A stretch of DNA of 64,000 bases from Alphaproteobacteria bacterium (GCA_964291215.2 OZ219791.1:768001-832000); one strand, 5' to 3'; counted from the stretch's first letter, positions 21,731 to 31,708 are shown. Translations and numbers: made by a program. Notes: generated by a model not told the origin, from the sequence alone.

Positions 21731-21936
21731 GTGCCTGTCCTTCCATGCGGTGAGTTCCCGGGCGTTATACCATGTTCGGCAGGCCGCTGAAGCCCGCGGC
21801 TGGCCTCGTCCCGTCCCCTGCTTGCTGGTAAATTCGGGTTGCGTCCGCGCTTCGTTCGCGACGCTCGCGCCGTCCCGTCGCCACGGGCTCCGTTTGTCAT
21901 GCCGCCGCCGCGGCTCCGGCCGCCAGGAGGTCGTTT

Positions 21937-22764
21937 GTGCAGCCGATCATCGCTTCTCTGGAAAACGACGGGCTCGTTCTCGCCGGAGCGGCGGCAGTCG
22001 CCCTGATTGTCGCCATGCTGGCCGCGTCGAGGTCACGGCGGAACCGCCGCGACCTCGAATCGGCCAAGGATTCCATCGACCAGGTCCGGAGCATGCTCGA
22101 GCGCATTTTCAATGCGCCGGGCGCAATGGGCGCGTTCGGCGAGTTCTTTCTTCAGGAACTGGTGGAAGACGTTCTGCCGCAGTCCAGCTACGAGTTTCAG
22201 GCCAGGCTCGGCAACGGCAGGATCGTCGACTGCCTTGTCGCCTTTTCCATGCCGCCGGGCCCGGTCGCCATAGACGCCAAGTTTCCGCTCGAGACCTACG
22301 AGGCGTATCGCAAGGATCCCGACGACAGGACCGCGCGGGGAAAGTTCGAGAGGGCGGTGCGCGGCCATGTCCGGGACATTGCGGAAAGATACATCGTTCG
22401 CGGAGAGACTGCGGAATGGGCGCTGATGTACGTGCCGTCCGAGGGTATTTTCGCCACGCTTCACTCGGTGCCCTTCAGGGACGTCGTGAGGGAAGCGCAC
22501 AGCCGTCGTGTCGGAATCGTGTCGCCCGCAACGACGATGGCCCTGCTCCAGACAGTCCGCGCCGTCATGCAGCATGCGCACATGGTGGAGCGCACCGATG
22601 ACGTTCTCGAGAAGCTCGGCATCATCGCCGGAGAAACCGACAAGCTCGAGTTGCGTGCCCGCGATCTTGAGAAGCAGTTCAACAATGCCAGGGAGACGCT
22701 GCAGAAGATCCTGACGCTGGTCGCGGCCATCCTGCGGCGGACGAGGACGATCGGGGACGAATGA
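21937..22764 (+). CDS. rmuC: DNA recombination protein RmuC (short form)
   Basis: GAFGEFFL, IDAKFPLE, ALMYVPSEG, IVSPAT; divergent from def. Confidence 0.85.
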   Translation: MQPIIASLENDGLVLAGAAAVALIVAMLAASRSRRNRRDLESAKDSIDQVRSMLERIFNAPGAMGAFGEFFLQELVEDVLPQSSYEFQARLGNGRIVDCLVAFSMPPGPVAIDAKFPLETYEAYRKDPDDRTARGKFERAVRGHVRDIAERYIVRGETAEWALMYVPSEGIFATLHSVPFRDVVREAHSRRVGIVSPATTMALLQTVRAVMQHAHMVERTDDVLEKLGIIAGETDKLELRARDLEKQFNNARETLQKILTLVAAILRRTRTIGDE

Positions 22765-22822
22765 CCGCGGAGAGATGGCGCGGTCGAAGCAGACCGGAGA
22801 CCGCCACGGCGGACCGCCGGTC

Positions 22823-23434
22823 CTATGCCGGAAGGCGCGCCTTCATTGCCGTCAGCAGCGTTCCGTCATCGAGATAGTCCAGCTCGCCGCCGACGGGAAC
22901 ACCGTGCGCGAGCCGGGTGACTTTCGGAACCTGTTCGCCGGAGACAGGTGTCTTGGCAATCCGGTCCGCGACGTAGTGCGCCGTCGTCTGTCCATCGACG
23001 GTCGCCGATATGGCCAGGATTACCTCCTCGATGCCGCCCGCCGCGACGCGTTCAGCCAGCTGCGCGATCCGAAGGTCTTCCGGCCCGCGCCCGTCGAGCG
23101 CCGACAATACGCCGCCGAGCACGTGATAGACGCCGTCGAAGGACCCGGCGCGTTCGAGCGCCCAGACGTCTGCGACACCCTCGACGACGCAGACAATCGA
23201 CCGGTTCCGCCGCGGGTCCGTGCAGATGCCGCAGGTGTCGGCGGTATCGAGGTTGCCGCATACGCCGCAGTCCCGCACCGACCGTGCGGCGTCGCTCAGC
23301 GCTTGCGAGAGCGGATCGAGCAGGGTTTCCCGATGCCGAATCAGGTGAAGCGCCGCCCGCCGCGCCGAGCGCGGACCCAGCCCAGGAAGCCGGGCCAGCA
23401 ACCGGATCAGCTGTTCGATCTCGTTGGGGGCCAT
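22823..23434 (-). CDS. recR: Recombination mediator RecR
   Basis: [11 protein letters not shown] HhH, C4 zinc finger, Toprim domain, GGELDYLD. Confidence 0.97.
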   Translation of the reverse strand: MAPNEIEQLIRLLARLPGLGPRSARRAALHLIRHRETLLDPLSQALSDAARSVRDCGVCGNLDTADTCGICTDPRRNRSIVCVVEGVADVWALERAGSFDGVYHVLGGVLSALDGRGPEDLRIAQLAERVAAGGIEEVILAISATVDGQTTAHYVADRIAKTPVSGEQVPKVTRLAHGVPVGGELDYLDDGTLLTAMKARLPA

Positions 23435-23461
23435 GCGAAGCCGATGAATCCGTGCCGCAGG

Positions 23462-23782
23462 TCAGAACGGGAGGGGCATTCCCGGGATCTGCAGTCCGCC
23501 GGTGACCTTCGACATCTCCTCGGTCCTGTGATCCCTGGACTTGGCCGTGGCGTCGTTGAAGGCGGCAAGCACAAGATCCTCGATCACGCCCGCATCCCCG
23601 TCGCCGAGCAGTGCCGGATCGATCGTCACCTTGCGGGCGTCTCCGAGCCCGTTCACGATGACGGTGACCATTCCGCCGCCGGAGGAACCCGGGATTTCGG
23701 TGCCGGAGAGCCGTTCCGTGGCCTCTTCCATGCGCGCCTGCATGTCCTGAACCTGCTTCATCAGGTTGCCGATGTTCTTCAT
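23462..23782 (-). CDS. ybaB: YbaB/EbfC nucleoid-associated protein
   Basis: MKNIGNLMKQVQDMQ..GSSGGGMVTV..EDLVLAAFNDA; between dnaX and recR. Confidence 0.94.
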   Translation of the reverse strand: MKNIGNLMKQVQDMQARMEEATERLSGTEIPGSSGGGMVTVIVNGLGDARKVTIDPALLGDGDAGVIEDLVLAAFNDATAKSRDHRTEEMSKVTGGLQIPGMPLPF

Positions 23783-23783
23783 T

Positions 23784-25613
23784 CTATCCTCCGCCGGTAG
23801 ACATCGCGCCGGGGTAGTCGCCGAATTCGTCGTCCTCGTCGGGAAGGGGAACCGTTTCGGCGTCCGGCAGCCCGGCACCTGCCGGTGGCGGGACGTTTCT
23901 CACGTCCACGACCCTGGCATCCGGAAACGCTTCGAGTGCGGTTCTGACGATGGGGTGCTGCAATGCGGCGTCCTTGCGCTGTTTCTCCCGTCCTTCCCGC
24001 TGTTGGCTCAGCGGCAACTCCCCCTCTTCGGGGCTGTCCTCGACTGTCCATGGGCGGCCGGTCCATTCCGTAAGGCACTGGCTGACCTGCCTCGGGAGAA
24101 CGCGCGGCGCATCCTTGGTGAGCCTCAGGGAAATCTGTCCGACGGCGAACCGGACGAGGTGAACATTGTTCGCGAGGTAGGCATGGAGCAGCGGGGCGCC
24201 GTTGATCCGGAACAGGTCGACGGCCTGCTCGAAGGTCATCGGCAGGCTGTTGCGGTCGTCGACCGGCGGCACATCGAATTCGGAGTTCGCCGGAAGCGCC
24301 GGCTCGCGAGCTGGCGGCGGCCGGGCGTCCGCCTCCGGGGCGCCGGATGGTTCCGGAGCCGATGCCGGCCTTTCGGCGGCCGGCGCGGCGGCTCTGGCGC
24401 TGTCTCCGCCCGCGGCCGGAGCGGATGCGGCCCGGCCGCGCTGGTCGGCAAGGTCCCGCACGATCTTTTCCGGCGGTGGCAGGTCGGCAGCAAACGCGAT
24501 GCGCACGAGAACCATCTCCGCCGTCTGCGCCGCCGACATCGCGCCGCTTACTTCGCCTATGCCCTTGAGGAGCAGCTGCCAGGTTCGCGTCAGCACAGGG
24601 ATTTTCAGGCGTTCCGCGATTTCCCTGCCTCGCTTGAGATCAATGTCGGAGGCAGGAATGGCGCGTGACCCTTGCGGGGCCGCCTTCAGGCGGGTCAGCC
24701 AGTGGGTGATTTCGGCGAGGTCGCGCAGAATGACGAGCGGATCCGCGCCGGCAACGTACATGGCATCGAAACGCTCGAGCGCTGCGGCGATGTTGCCCTT
24801 CATGAGGTGCTCGAAGAGATCGAATATCTGGACATGCTCGGCGACGCCCAGCATGTCGCGCACGAGCTGTTCGCCGATCTCGGAATCGGGACCGGCATGG
24901 GCGATGGCCTGATCGAGCAGCGACAGCCCGTCTCGGACCGATCCGTCAGCGGCGCGGGTGATGAGGGAGATGGCGCCCGGCGTGACGCGGACATCCTCCT
25001 TGCCGGCGATCGCGGCGAAGTGATCCGCCAGGACGTCGAAATCCACGCGCCGCAGGTCAAAGCGCTGGCATCTGGACAGCACCGTGACCGGCACCTTCCG
25101 TATCTCCGTCGTCGCGAAGATGAACTTTATGTGTTCCGGCGGCTCCTCGAGCGTCTTGAGCAGCGCGTTGAAAGAACTGGTCGAGAGCATGTGCACTTCG
25201 TCGACGATGTAGATCTTGTAGCGGCCGGCCGCGGGGCGGTAGAGCACACCCTCCAGAAGTTCGCGCATCTCCGCGACGCCGGTGTGGCTGGCCGCGTCAA
25301 TCTCCATGACGTCGACATTTCGGTCTTCCGCGATCGACGCGCACTGGTCGCAAACGCCGCACGGCGTCGCGGTCGACCCTCCCTTGCCGTCCGGACCGAT
25401 GCAGTTGAGCATGCGCGCGATGATGCGCGCGGTCGTCGTCTTGCCGACACCGCGCACGCCGGTCAGCATGAATGCGTGGGCAAGGCGTCCGGCTGCGATC
25501 GCGTTGGACAGCGTGCGCACCATCGCGCCCTGGCCGATCAGCGTGGAGAAGTCACGTGGTCGATATTTGCGGGCGAGAACGCGGTAGGGCTGGACGTCTG
25601 TCTGTGAGGTCAT
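23784..25613 (-). CDS. dnaX: DNA polymerase III subunit gamma/tau
   Basis: YRVLARKYRP, GVRGVGKTT, DEVHML, SRCQRF. Confidence 0.97.
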   Translation of the reverse strand: MTSQTDVQPYRVLARKYRPRDFSTLIGQGAMVRTLSNAIAAGRLAHAFMLTGVRGVGKTTTARIIARMLNCIGPDGKGGSTATPCGVCDQCASIAEDRNVDVMEIDAASHTGVAEMRELLEGVLYRPAAGRYKIYIVDEVHMLSTSSFNALLKTLEEPPEHIKFIFATTEIRKVPVTVLSRCQRFDLRRVDFDVLADHFAAIAGKEDVRVTPGAISLITRAADGSVRDGLSLLDQAIAHAGPDSEIGEQLVRDMLGVAEHVQIFDLFEHLMKGNIAAALERFDAMYVAGADPLVILRDLAEITHWLTRLKAAPQGSRAIPASDIDLKRGREIAERLKIPVLTRTWQLLLKGIGEVSGAMSAAQTAEMVLVRIAFAADLPPPEKIVRDLADQRGRAASAPAAGGDSARAAAPAAERPASAPEPSGAPEADARPPPAREPALPANSEFDVPPVDDRNSLPMTFEQAVDLFRINGAPLLHAYLANNVHLVRFAVGQISLRLTKDAPRVLPRQVSQCLTEWTGRPWTVEDSPEEGELPLSQQREGREKQRKDAALQHPIVRTALEAFPDARVVDVRNVPPPAGAGLPDAETVPLPDEDDEFGDYPGAMSTGGG

Positions 25614-25668
25614 CAGCTGGCGTCTCTGGTCATCGGCGTCGACCGACGGATGGCTGCGCCGGCGGAGC

Positions 25669-25766
25669 GGGAGACCGGCGATATGCGACCCGGGAAGAAC
25701 TCGTTACGGCTGCTTCCTTCCGGACCTGACCGGGTTGGCGAGTTTCCCGTCCGCAGCCAGCCTCCC
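25669..25766 (-). ncRNA. ffs: Signal recognition particle 4.5S RNA
   Basis: Conserved CCGGTCAGGTCCGGAAGGAAGCAGCC core; terminal pairing GGGAG..CTCCC; upstream of dnaX. Confidence 0.95.
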
Positions 25767-25819
25767 GGGCGAGATATACCATGATCGTGACCGCGCCAAA
25801 ACCATGATGTCGGGTCGGC

Positions 25820-26011
25820 CACGACGATCCCACGCTGCTAATCCAGCGGCGATCGGCGAGATTTTTCGGTCTGCGTCGCGCTGCAATCGTGCCGCCAAGG
25901 CTCAATGAGACCTTCTCGGCGCGAAAAATTGCGATCAAGAGGCGATCTGTGATGACGCGAGCCCCAACGCACTCGGATTTCGCGTCTCGGAATCGGCATG
26001 GGATCGCCGTG
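25820..26011 (+). mobile_element. MITE family A (192 bp), copy 1
   Basis: TIR CACG(A/G)CGATCCCA(C/T)GC; perfect 9-bp TSD CGGGTCGGC. Confidence 0.93.
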
Positions 26012-26066
26012 CGGGTCGGCTGGCGGTGCGCATGTGCCACGACGAGAGCGGTCGCGCGGTGGGTGT

Positions 26067-27182
26067 TCAGGTGGTTCCCGCCGCCTCTATATGGACATGG
26101 ACGGCTTCCGGCCCGTCCTGGATCTCGCGGCCGAGGACCCGGATTGCGGTATCGGCGTTGTCCACGGGGTAATGGTGGGTGCAGAGTTTCTGCAGCGTGT
26201 CGGCCTTGCGACGAATGACGTCGATGGCCTTTTCGACCGAGGACCAGCTCGAAGATAGGACGCCGAGCATCGAGATTTCCTTGGTGATCAGCTTGTCGGA
26301 GACGAAATCCGGAATCGGCCTGGAACTCTTGAGGCCGGCGACCACGACCTTGCCGCCCGGGCGCACCATCTCGATGGCTTGGGTGATCGGTTCGGTGGAG
26401 AACGCCGAGACATCGACGACGATATCGGCGAGTCTTCCGTCCGTGGCTTCAACAACCCGTTCCACGGGATCGTCGTCCTCGACAATGATCGTTTTGTCGG
26501 CGCCGAGTTCACGCGCCAGCGAAAGGCGAAACGTGTCCTGGCGCGTGCCGGTGACGATGATCTTGCCGGCGCCGGCCTCGCGCGCCGCGACCACCGAGAG
26601 CAGGCCGCGCTGGCCCGGACCCTCAATGACGACGGTGTCGCCGATTCCGGTTTCGGGGCGTTCCACGGCCCAGCGCACGGCGTTGGACATGGGATTGAAC
26701 AGGCTCATGATGTCGGTCGGAACGTCCGCCGGTGCCTTGTGAAGGGTCGTCTGCGGATGCAGGTACATGTGGGTCGCATACCCGCCCCAGAGATGCGGCG
26801 GGTTCTCGTAGCCCATGCGGAGGCCGTAGCCCATGCCGTTCCGGCACAGCACCGGGCGGCCGACCTGGCACTGGAAGCACTGGCCGCAGGGGATCGAGGC
26901 TTCCACCGTCACGCGGTCGCCTTCCTTCACCCCCCACCGTCTCGCGGCCTCCGGGCCGATCTTGTCGATCCATCCGAGAATCTCGTGGCCCGGGATGATG
27001 GGCCGCACCGACCAGGGTGTGTTGTCGAGATGGCCCAGATACTGTTCCCAGTCGGTTCCGCACAGGCCGGCGGCCTCGACACGGAGAATTCCCGAATCCT
27101 TGTCGATTTCCGGAATGTCCACTTCCCGATAATCGAATGTCCGTGGATCGGTCAGTACCGCCACCTTGGCCTTTTCCGTCAT
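26067..27182 (-). CDS. Zinc-dependent medium-chain alcohol dehydrogenase
   Basis: GLCGTD, GHE, CGQCFQCQVGRPVLC; the longer ORF start is read-through from a MITE. Confidence 0.9.
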   Translation of the reverse strand: MTEKAKVAVLTDPRTFDYREVDIPEIDKDSGILRVEAAGLCGTDWEQYLGHLDNTPWSVRPIIPGHEILGWIDKIGPEAARRWGVKEGDRVTVEASIPCGQCFQCQVGRPVLCRNGMGYGLRMGYENPPHLWGGYATHMYLHPQTTLHKAPADVPTDIMSLFNPMSNAVRWAVERPETGIGDTVVIEGPGQRGLLSVVAAREAGAGKIIVTGTRQDTFRLSLARELGADKTIIVEDDDPVERVVEATDGRLADIVVDVSAFSTEPITQAIEMVRPGGKVVVAGLKSSRPIPDFVSDKLITKEISMLGVLSSSWSSVEKAIDVIRRKADTLQKLCTHHYPVDNADTAIRVLGREIQDGPEAVHVHIEAAGTT

Positions 27183-27273
27183 CGCATCCTCCGGGGAAGC
27201 CGTTGTCGGCGTTCGTCCCGTTGGAAACTTTGCCACCGGCGCTGCGGCCGCACAAGCTACTGGCGCCCACCAG

Positions 27274-27465
27274 CACGACGATCCCACGCTGCCAATCCAG
27301 CGGCGACCGGCGAGATTTTTCGGTCTGCGTCGCGCTGCAATCGTGCCGCCAAGGCTCAATGAGACCTTCTCGGCGCGAAAAATTGCGATCAAGGGGCGAT
27401 CTGTGATGACGCGAGCCCCAACGCACTCGGATTTCGCGTCTCGGAATCAGCATGGGATCACCGTG
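27274..27465 (+). mobile_element. MITE family A (192 bp), copy 2
   Basis: Near-identical to copy 1; perfect 9-bp TSD GCCCACCAG. Confidence 0.93.
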
Positions 27466-27564
27466 GCCCACCAGCGGGCCTGCGTGATCGGCCGACAACG
27501 CGCACCGGGGGCGGGCGCGTCGTGGAGCCGTTCGTCGCCGGGCTTCCGCGCCGTCTGGTCCGGT

Positions 27565-28053
27565 TCAGGCCTGGGCGTGGGCCTCCACGAGCCACAGGTT
27601 CTTGTCGATGTCGCGGGAGACGCCGGTAAACAGATCCTCGGTGTCGGCATCGCCGGTCTCTCCCGCCTTCGCGATCGCTTCGCGAACCGCCTTGCCAAAG
27701 CAGGCGAGCGCCGTGCTGACGGCTTCGACATGGTCGGCGCCGTCGTGGATCTCCGAGGGCCATGGCGGGAGTGTCGAATCGGTAGCGGCCGTCGCGGCCG
27801 TGCCCTGCGCCGTTCCGCCGAGCGCCGTCACGCGTTCGGCAATGTCGTCGACATGGACCAGGATGGCGCCGTGCACCGTGTCGAAAAGTTCATGCAGGGC
27901 AATGAAGTTCGGACCCCTGACATTCCAGTGAGCCTGCTTCATCCGGGTGGCAAGGTCGACGGCATCGGCAAGGCGGGCATTGAGAAGTCCGACCAGCGCC
28001 GCGCGAGCGTTCTCGGGAATGTCGATCTTTGTCGGGTGCAGTTTTGGCAACAT
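27565..28053 (-). CDS. dps: DNA protection during starvation protein
   Basis: KQAHWNVRGPNFIALHELFD, DDIAERVTALGG, LWLVEAH. Confidence 0.95.
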   Translation of the reverse strand: MLPKLHPTKIDIPENARAALVGLLNARLADAVDLATRMKQAHWNVRGPNFIALHELFDTVHGAILVHVDDIAERVTALGGTAQGTAATAATDSTLPPWPSEIHDGADHVEAVSTALACFGKAVREAIAKAGETGDADTEDLFTGVSRDIDKNLWLVEAHAQA

Positions 28054-28061
28054 GACTCATC

Positions 28062-28090
28062 TCCTACATTGGAATGATTCCAATATAGGA
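28062..28090. promoter_or_regulatory. Palindromic operator upstream of dps, resembling the Irr iron-control element
   Basis: TCCTACATTGGAA-TGA-TTCCAATATAGGA near-perfect palindrome; core resembles TTTRGAA-N3-TTCYAAA. Confidence 0.65.
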
Positions 28091-28124
28091 GATGCGCCCG
28101 GTTTTTCAAGGGGCGCGTGAAATC

Positions 28125-28574
28125 CTAGACGCCGAGCCCCGGCGCCTCGAAAGGCGTGAAAGTCTCCGGAGTTACCCCTTCAGCCGCTGCGTCGAAAGCC
28201 ACTTCGACCAGTACCCCGTTGGGGTCGTGGAAGAACACCTGGACCAGTTGTCCGCTGGCGGCGAGCCTCTTGCAGTACTGCACATTGTGTTTCCTGAGCG
28301 TTTCTTCCGTGCCCTCCAGGTCATGGGCCGAAAGTCCGATATGGTCGAGGCCGTCGCCCATGCCCTCCGCAACCGTTCGCCGTTCGCTCTCGTCCTCGCT
28401 TGGCGAGAGATGAACGATGGCGACATCTCCGCAATAGAGCCAGTAGCCGTGATTGGGGAATTCGGGCCGGAAACCGACCTTGAGGCCCACCACGTCCACG
28501 AAGAAATCCCTAGTTTCCTCCATCAACAGGGTCCGGATATTGATATGATTGAGCTCGTCGACCGCCATTGTCAT
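28125..28574 (-). CDS. VOC/glyoxalase family protein
   Basis: LNHINIRT, GYWLY, LDHIGL, QVFFHDPNGVLVE; AGGAGG RBS. Confidence 0.88.
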   Translation of the reverse strand: MTMAVDELNHINIRTLLMEETRDFFVDVVGLKVGFRPEFPNHGYWLYCGDVAIVHLSPSEDESERRTVAEGMGDGLDHIGLSAHDLEGTEETLRKHNVQYCKRLAASGQLVQVFFHDPNGVLVEVAFDAAAEGVTPETFTPFEAPGLGV

Positions 28575-28781
28575 ATCCTCCTGCCTGAAGACCGCGGCCG
28601 AACCGGTTTCCGGGCCCGCGGAACTGTCCGGAATTGTGCCTGCTTCATGATTGCGAGACAACCCCGTTTCCGTTCCCGAAACGGCGACCCGGGGAGGCGC
28701 GACATCGTGCCGTGTGCGGTGGACGGGCGGCGCTTCGGTTCGAGCATGCGGCACCGGGGATGTCGGCTCCCCGGGAGAGGG

Positions 28782-28973
28782 CGCGCTGATCCCAGTTTAA
28801 TTCGGAGACTCGAAATCCGAGTGCGTTGGGGCTCGCGTCATTACAGATCGCCCCTTGATCGCAATTTTTGGTGCCGAGAAGGCTTCATCGAGCCTTGGCG
28901 GCACGATTGCAGCGCGACGCAGACCGAAAAATCTTGCCAGTCGCCGCTGGACTAGCAGCGTCGGATAGCGGTG
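28782..28973 (-). mobile_element. MITE family A (192 bp), copy 3, diverged
   Basis: Reverse-complement match with substitutions; flanks GGAGAGGG / GGAGAGGA. Confidence 0.85.
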
Positions 28974-29026
28974 GGAGAGGAGCAGGGATGTCGACCTGCC
29001 GGCTCCGATGTCCTATAGTCGCGGAC

Positions 29027-29992
29027 ATGCTTGATCATTACGATGCCCCGCCTGCCGGGGACTCGCCTCTGCCTTCCAAGTTCGGCGACCCGCACTGCAC
29101 CGCAAGCGGCGAAGTCCGGGCCAAGGTCGCGTTGACGAGGCTGGATACGCTCTGGTTCAACACCGGCACGCTCTGCAACCTGACCTGCGCCGGCTGCTAC
29201 ATCGAATCAAGTCCGCTCAACGACCGCCTGTCCTATATCTCGGTCGGTGATGTCCGGGCCTATCTCGACGAGATCGTGGATGAGGGCCTTGGCACACGGG
29301 AGATCGGGTTCACCGGCGGCGAACCCTTCATGAATCCCGAGATCATCGAGATTCTCGACCTTACGCTGGACCGGGGTTTCGAGGCGCTGGTGCTGACCAA
29401 CGCGATGAAGCCGATGTGGAAGCGGCGTGACGAGCTGCTCCGGCTGCGCGATGCCTACGGCGACATGCTGTGCCTGCGCGTATCGATCGATCATCACGAC
29501 CGGGCCCGGCACGAAGCCGAACGTGGCCCGCAGAGCTGGCAGCCGATGATCGACGGCCTTGTCTGGCTTTCGTCGCACGGTTTTCGCATCACCATCGCCG
29601 GCCGCACCTTCGACGGAGAGAGCGAGGATGCGCTCCGTGCCGGCTATGTGCGGCTGTTCGCCCGGCTGGGGGTCGGAAGCGATGCCCGGAACCCGGCCGA
29701 TCTGGTGCTCTTCCCGGAAATGGAAGACGGCGCCGATGTCCCCGAGATCACCACCGGCTGCTGGGATCTCCTCGAGGTCTCGCCGGATGCGATGATGTGC
29801 GCGAACTCGCGGATGGTGGTCAGGCGCAAGGGGGCCGACGGTCCGGTGGTGGTGCCGTGCACGCTGCTGCCCTACGGCCAGGAGTTCGAGATGGGCACGA
29901 CACTCGCCGCGGCTTCGGGAAGCGTTCCCCTGAACCACCCCTACTGTGCAAGCTTCTGCGTGCTCGGCGGAGGACGCTGTACCGGCGCGTGA
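29027..29992 (+). CDS. Radical SAM protein
   Basis: CNLTCAGC, FTGGEPF, LTN; C-terminal CTLL and HPYCASFCVLGGGRC. Confidence 0.88.
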   Translation: MLDHYDAPPAGDSPLPSKFGDPHCTASGEVRAKVALTRLDTLWFNTGTLCNLTCAGCYIESSPLNDRLSYISVGDVRAYLDEIVDEGLGTREIGFTGGEPFMNPEIIEILDLTLDRGFEALVLTNAMKPMWKRRDELLRLRDAYGDMLCLRVSIDHHDRARHEAERGPQSWQPMIDGLVWLSSHGFRITIAGRTFDGESEDALRAGYVRLFARLGVGSDARNPADLVLFPEMEDGADVPEITTGCWDLLEVSPDAMMCANSRMVVRRKGADGPVVVPCTLLPYGQEFEMGTTLAAASGSVPLNHPYCASFCVLGGGRCTGA

Positions 29993-30010
29993 CCGTCGGG
30001 CTCCCGAAGC

Positions 30011-30718
30011 CTACAGGTTGGCGGCGAGCCAGGCAGCCATCTTTGCAAACGAATCGGAGGTTGCGGCGGCGCGGTAGCCGGCCGGGTTCGTGAAGTTCTG
30101 GAACGCGTGCCCGCAGCCATCATAGGCATGGAACTCGTGGATCACGCCAAGCTCGGTCAACCTCCTGTCGATCCTTGCGACATCCTCGGGAGACGGATTC
30201 TCGTCGTCATTTCCGAAGAAGCCGATGACCGGCCCGCGAAGCCGGTCAAGCTTCTCGAACGGCGTCGTGTCGCCATTGCCCCAGAGCCGGAACATGTTGC
30301 CGCCGTAATAGACGACATTGGCCTTGAATGCCGGGATCTCGCTCGCTCCCAGGAACGACACCCGTCCACCCATGCAGTGGCCGGCGATGACCACGCGGCC
30401 ACTATCGACCGTACCGAGTTCGTCGAGCCAATCGACGGCGGCTTGCAGGTCGGCGACGATCTCGATGTCGTCGAGCCGAGCCAGGGATTCGCGGGTGTCC
30501 TCGCCCTCGGGGCGCCGGTGGTGCAGGTCGGGTGCGACGGTGGCATAGCCGAGTCCTGCAAGATCCTGGACGAACTTGGTGGTGGCGACGTCCAGGCCCG
30601 CGCGGTGATGCGCCACGACGACCGCAGGGAAGGGGCCGGTTCCGGCCGGGAGGTCGACGAAGATCCGCATGTCGTTGCCGTCGACGGTTGTCATCCTGTA
30701 GGTCGCATTCGAGCTCAT
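30011..30718 (-). CDS. Dienelactone hydrolase family protein
   Basis: GHCMGG nucleophile motif; YDGCGHAF. Confidence 0.9.
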   Translation of the reverse strand: MSSNATYRMTTVDGNDMRIFVDLPAGTGPFPAVVVAHHRAGLDVATTKFVQDLAGLGYATVAPDLHHRRPEGEDTRESLARLDDIEIVADLQAAVDWLDELGTVDSGRVVIAGHCMGGRVSFLGASEIPAFKANVVYYGGNMFRLWGNGDTTPFEKLDRLRGPVIGFFGNDDENPSPEDVARIDRRLTELGVIHEFHAYDGCGHAFQNFTNPAGYRAAATSDSFAKMAAWLAANL

Positions 30719-30727
30719 GGCTGATCC

Positions 30728-31708
30728 TCACGCGGTGTCCGCGCGCTCGCGGACACGGGGTTTCTGGCGCAGTTTCATATCGCGTTTCTCGCGGGTGAGC
30801 GGCTGGGCTTTCGAACGCTTGAGCCCGTCCGCCAGCATCCACTCGGCGAAGGTTTCGGGCGCTGGATCCCAGTGTCCGGGCGTCCAGTTCTCGGTCAGGA
30901 AATCCTCGTCGCAGAAGTACTCGGTGGTGCCGCCGGCCGAACAGTCGAAATACCAGAAATAGCAGGACGAAATATGATGGCGGCCCGGCCCCACCTGGAC
31001 CTTGTGACCCCGGTTCTGGAAATAGGTGCCGCCGGCGAAGAGTTCGTGCACATCCTGCACGCCGAAGGCGACATGGTTAATTGCAGGCCTGCCGTCGGCG
31101 CTTTCGAGATAGAACAGGTTGTGGTGCCCGCCGCGGGGTGCAGCGCACAGGAACACGCCGCGGCCCGTGTAGTAGTCGGAGACGTGAAAGTCCAGCCGCT
31201 CGGTATAGAAGGCTTCCATCTTTCCGATGTCGGGCGCCATGAACACGCAATGGCCGATATGGCTCGGGCGGGCGCGCTCGTGGTAGGTGGCGCGGGCATC
31301 CACACGGTCCGGCGTAGCCAAAGAATTCATCGGCTGGCGCCCGTCCCGAACACGCTTGCGGACGGTGTTGCGGAATGCGATCCCGAGATCGTCGGTGGAA
31401 TGGATGACGCCGTCGTCGTCGACCGTCACCTTACGGTCCCGCGCAAGTTCCCTCGCGATGCGCCGGAGATCCGCCTTCGACGTTGCGCCCCAGACGATCT
31501 CGCGAACCATCGATCCCCTCTGGATGGCCTTGGGCAGCGTCTTGTCGGTTCGGGACCGGAGAACGGCTTCACAGCCGTCCTCGGTGAGGAAGACGGCGGC
31601 ATCGGCCGATGACGAAGTCTCCCGGAGGCCCCAGTCGGTGAAGTGCTGCCGGCTTTTTTCCATGTTCGAGACACCGTAGACGACAGCGTCGATCCCAGTG
31701 AGTGCCAT
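30728..31708 (-). CDS. Two-domain VOC / extradiol ring-cleavage dioxygenase-like protein
   Basis: IGHCVF, GGHHNLF, INHVAF, GPGRHHISSCYFWYF..GGTTEY metal-site pattern. Confidence 0.82.
   Translation of the reverse strand: MALTGIDAVVYGVSNMEKSRQHFTDWGLRETSSSADAAVFLTEDGCEAVLRSRTDKTLPKAIQRGSMVREIVWGATSKADLRRIARELARDRKVTVDDDGVIHSTDDLGIAFRNTVRKRVRDGRQPMNSLATPDRVDARATYHERARPSHIGHCVFMAPDIGKMEAFYTERLDFHVSDYYTGRGVFLCAAPRGGHHNLFYLESADGRPAINHVAFGVQDVHELFAGGTYFQNRGHKVQVGPGRHHISSCYFWYFDCSAGGTTEYFCDEDFLTENWTPGHWDPAPETFAEWMLADGLKRSKAQPLTREKRDMKLRQKPRVRERADTA

Noticed and set aside
26067-27392. N-terminal extensions of the ADH, radical SAM, HpaB, YejA, DUF433 and CcmE ORFs
   Set aside because: Read-through from MITE, IS or neighbouring sequence; homologous starts with RBS lie downstream.
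25820-27465. Composite transposon of two MITE-A copies flanking the alcohol dehydrogenase
   Set aside because: Each copy has its own perfect TSD and the outer flanks differ, so they are independent insertions.
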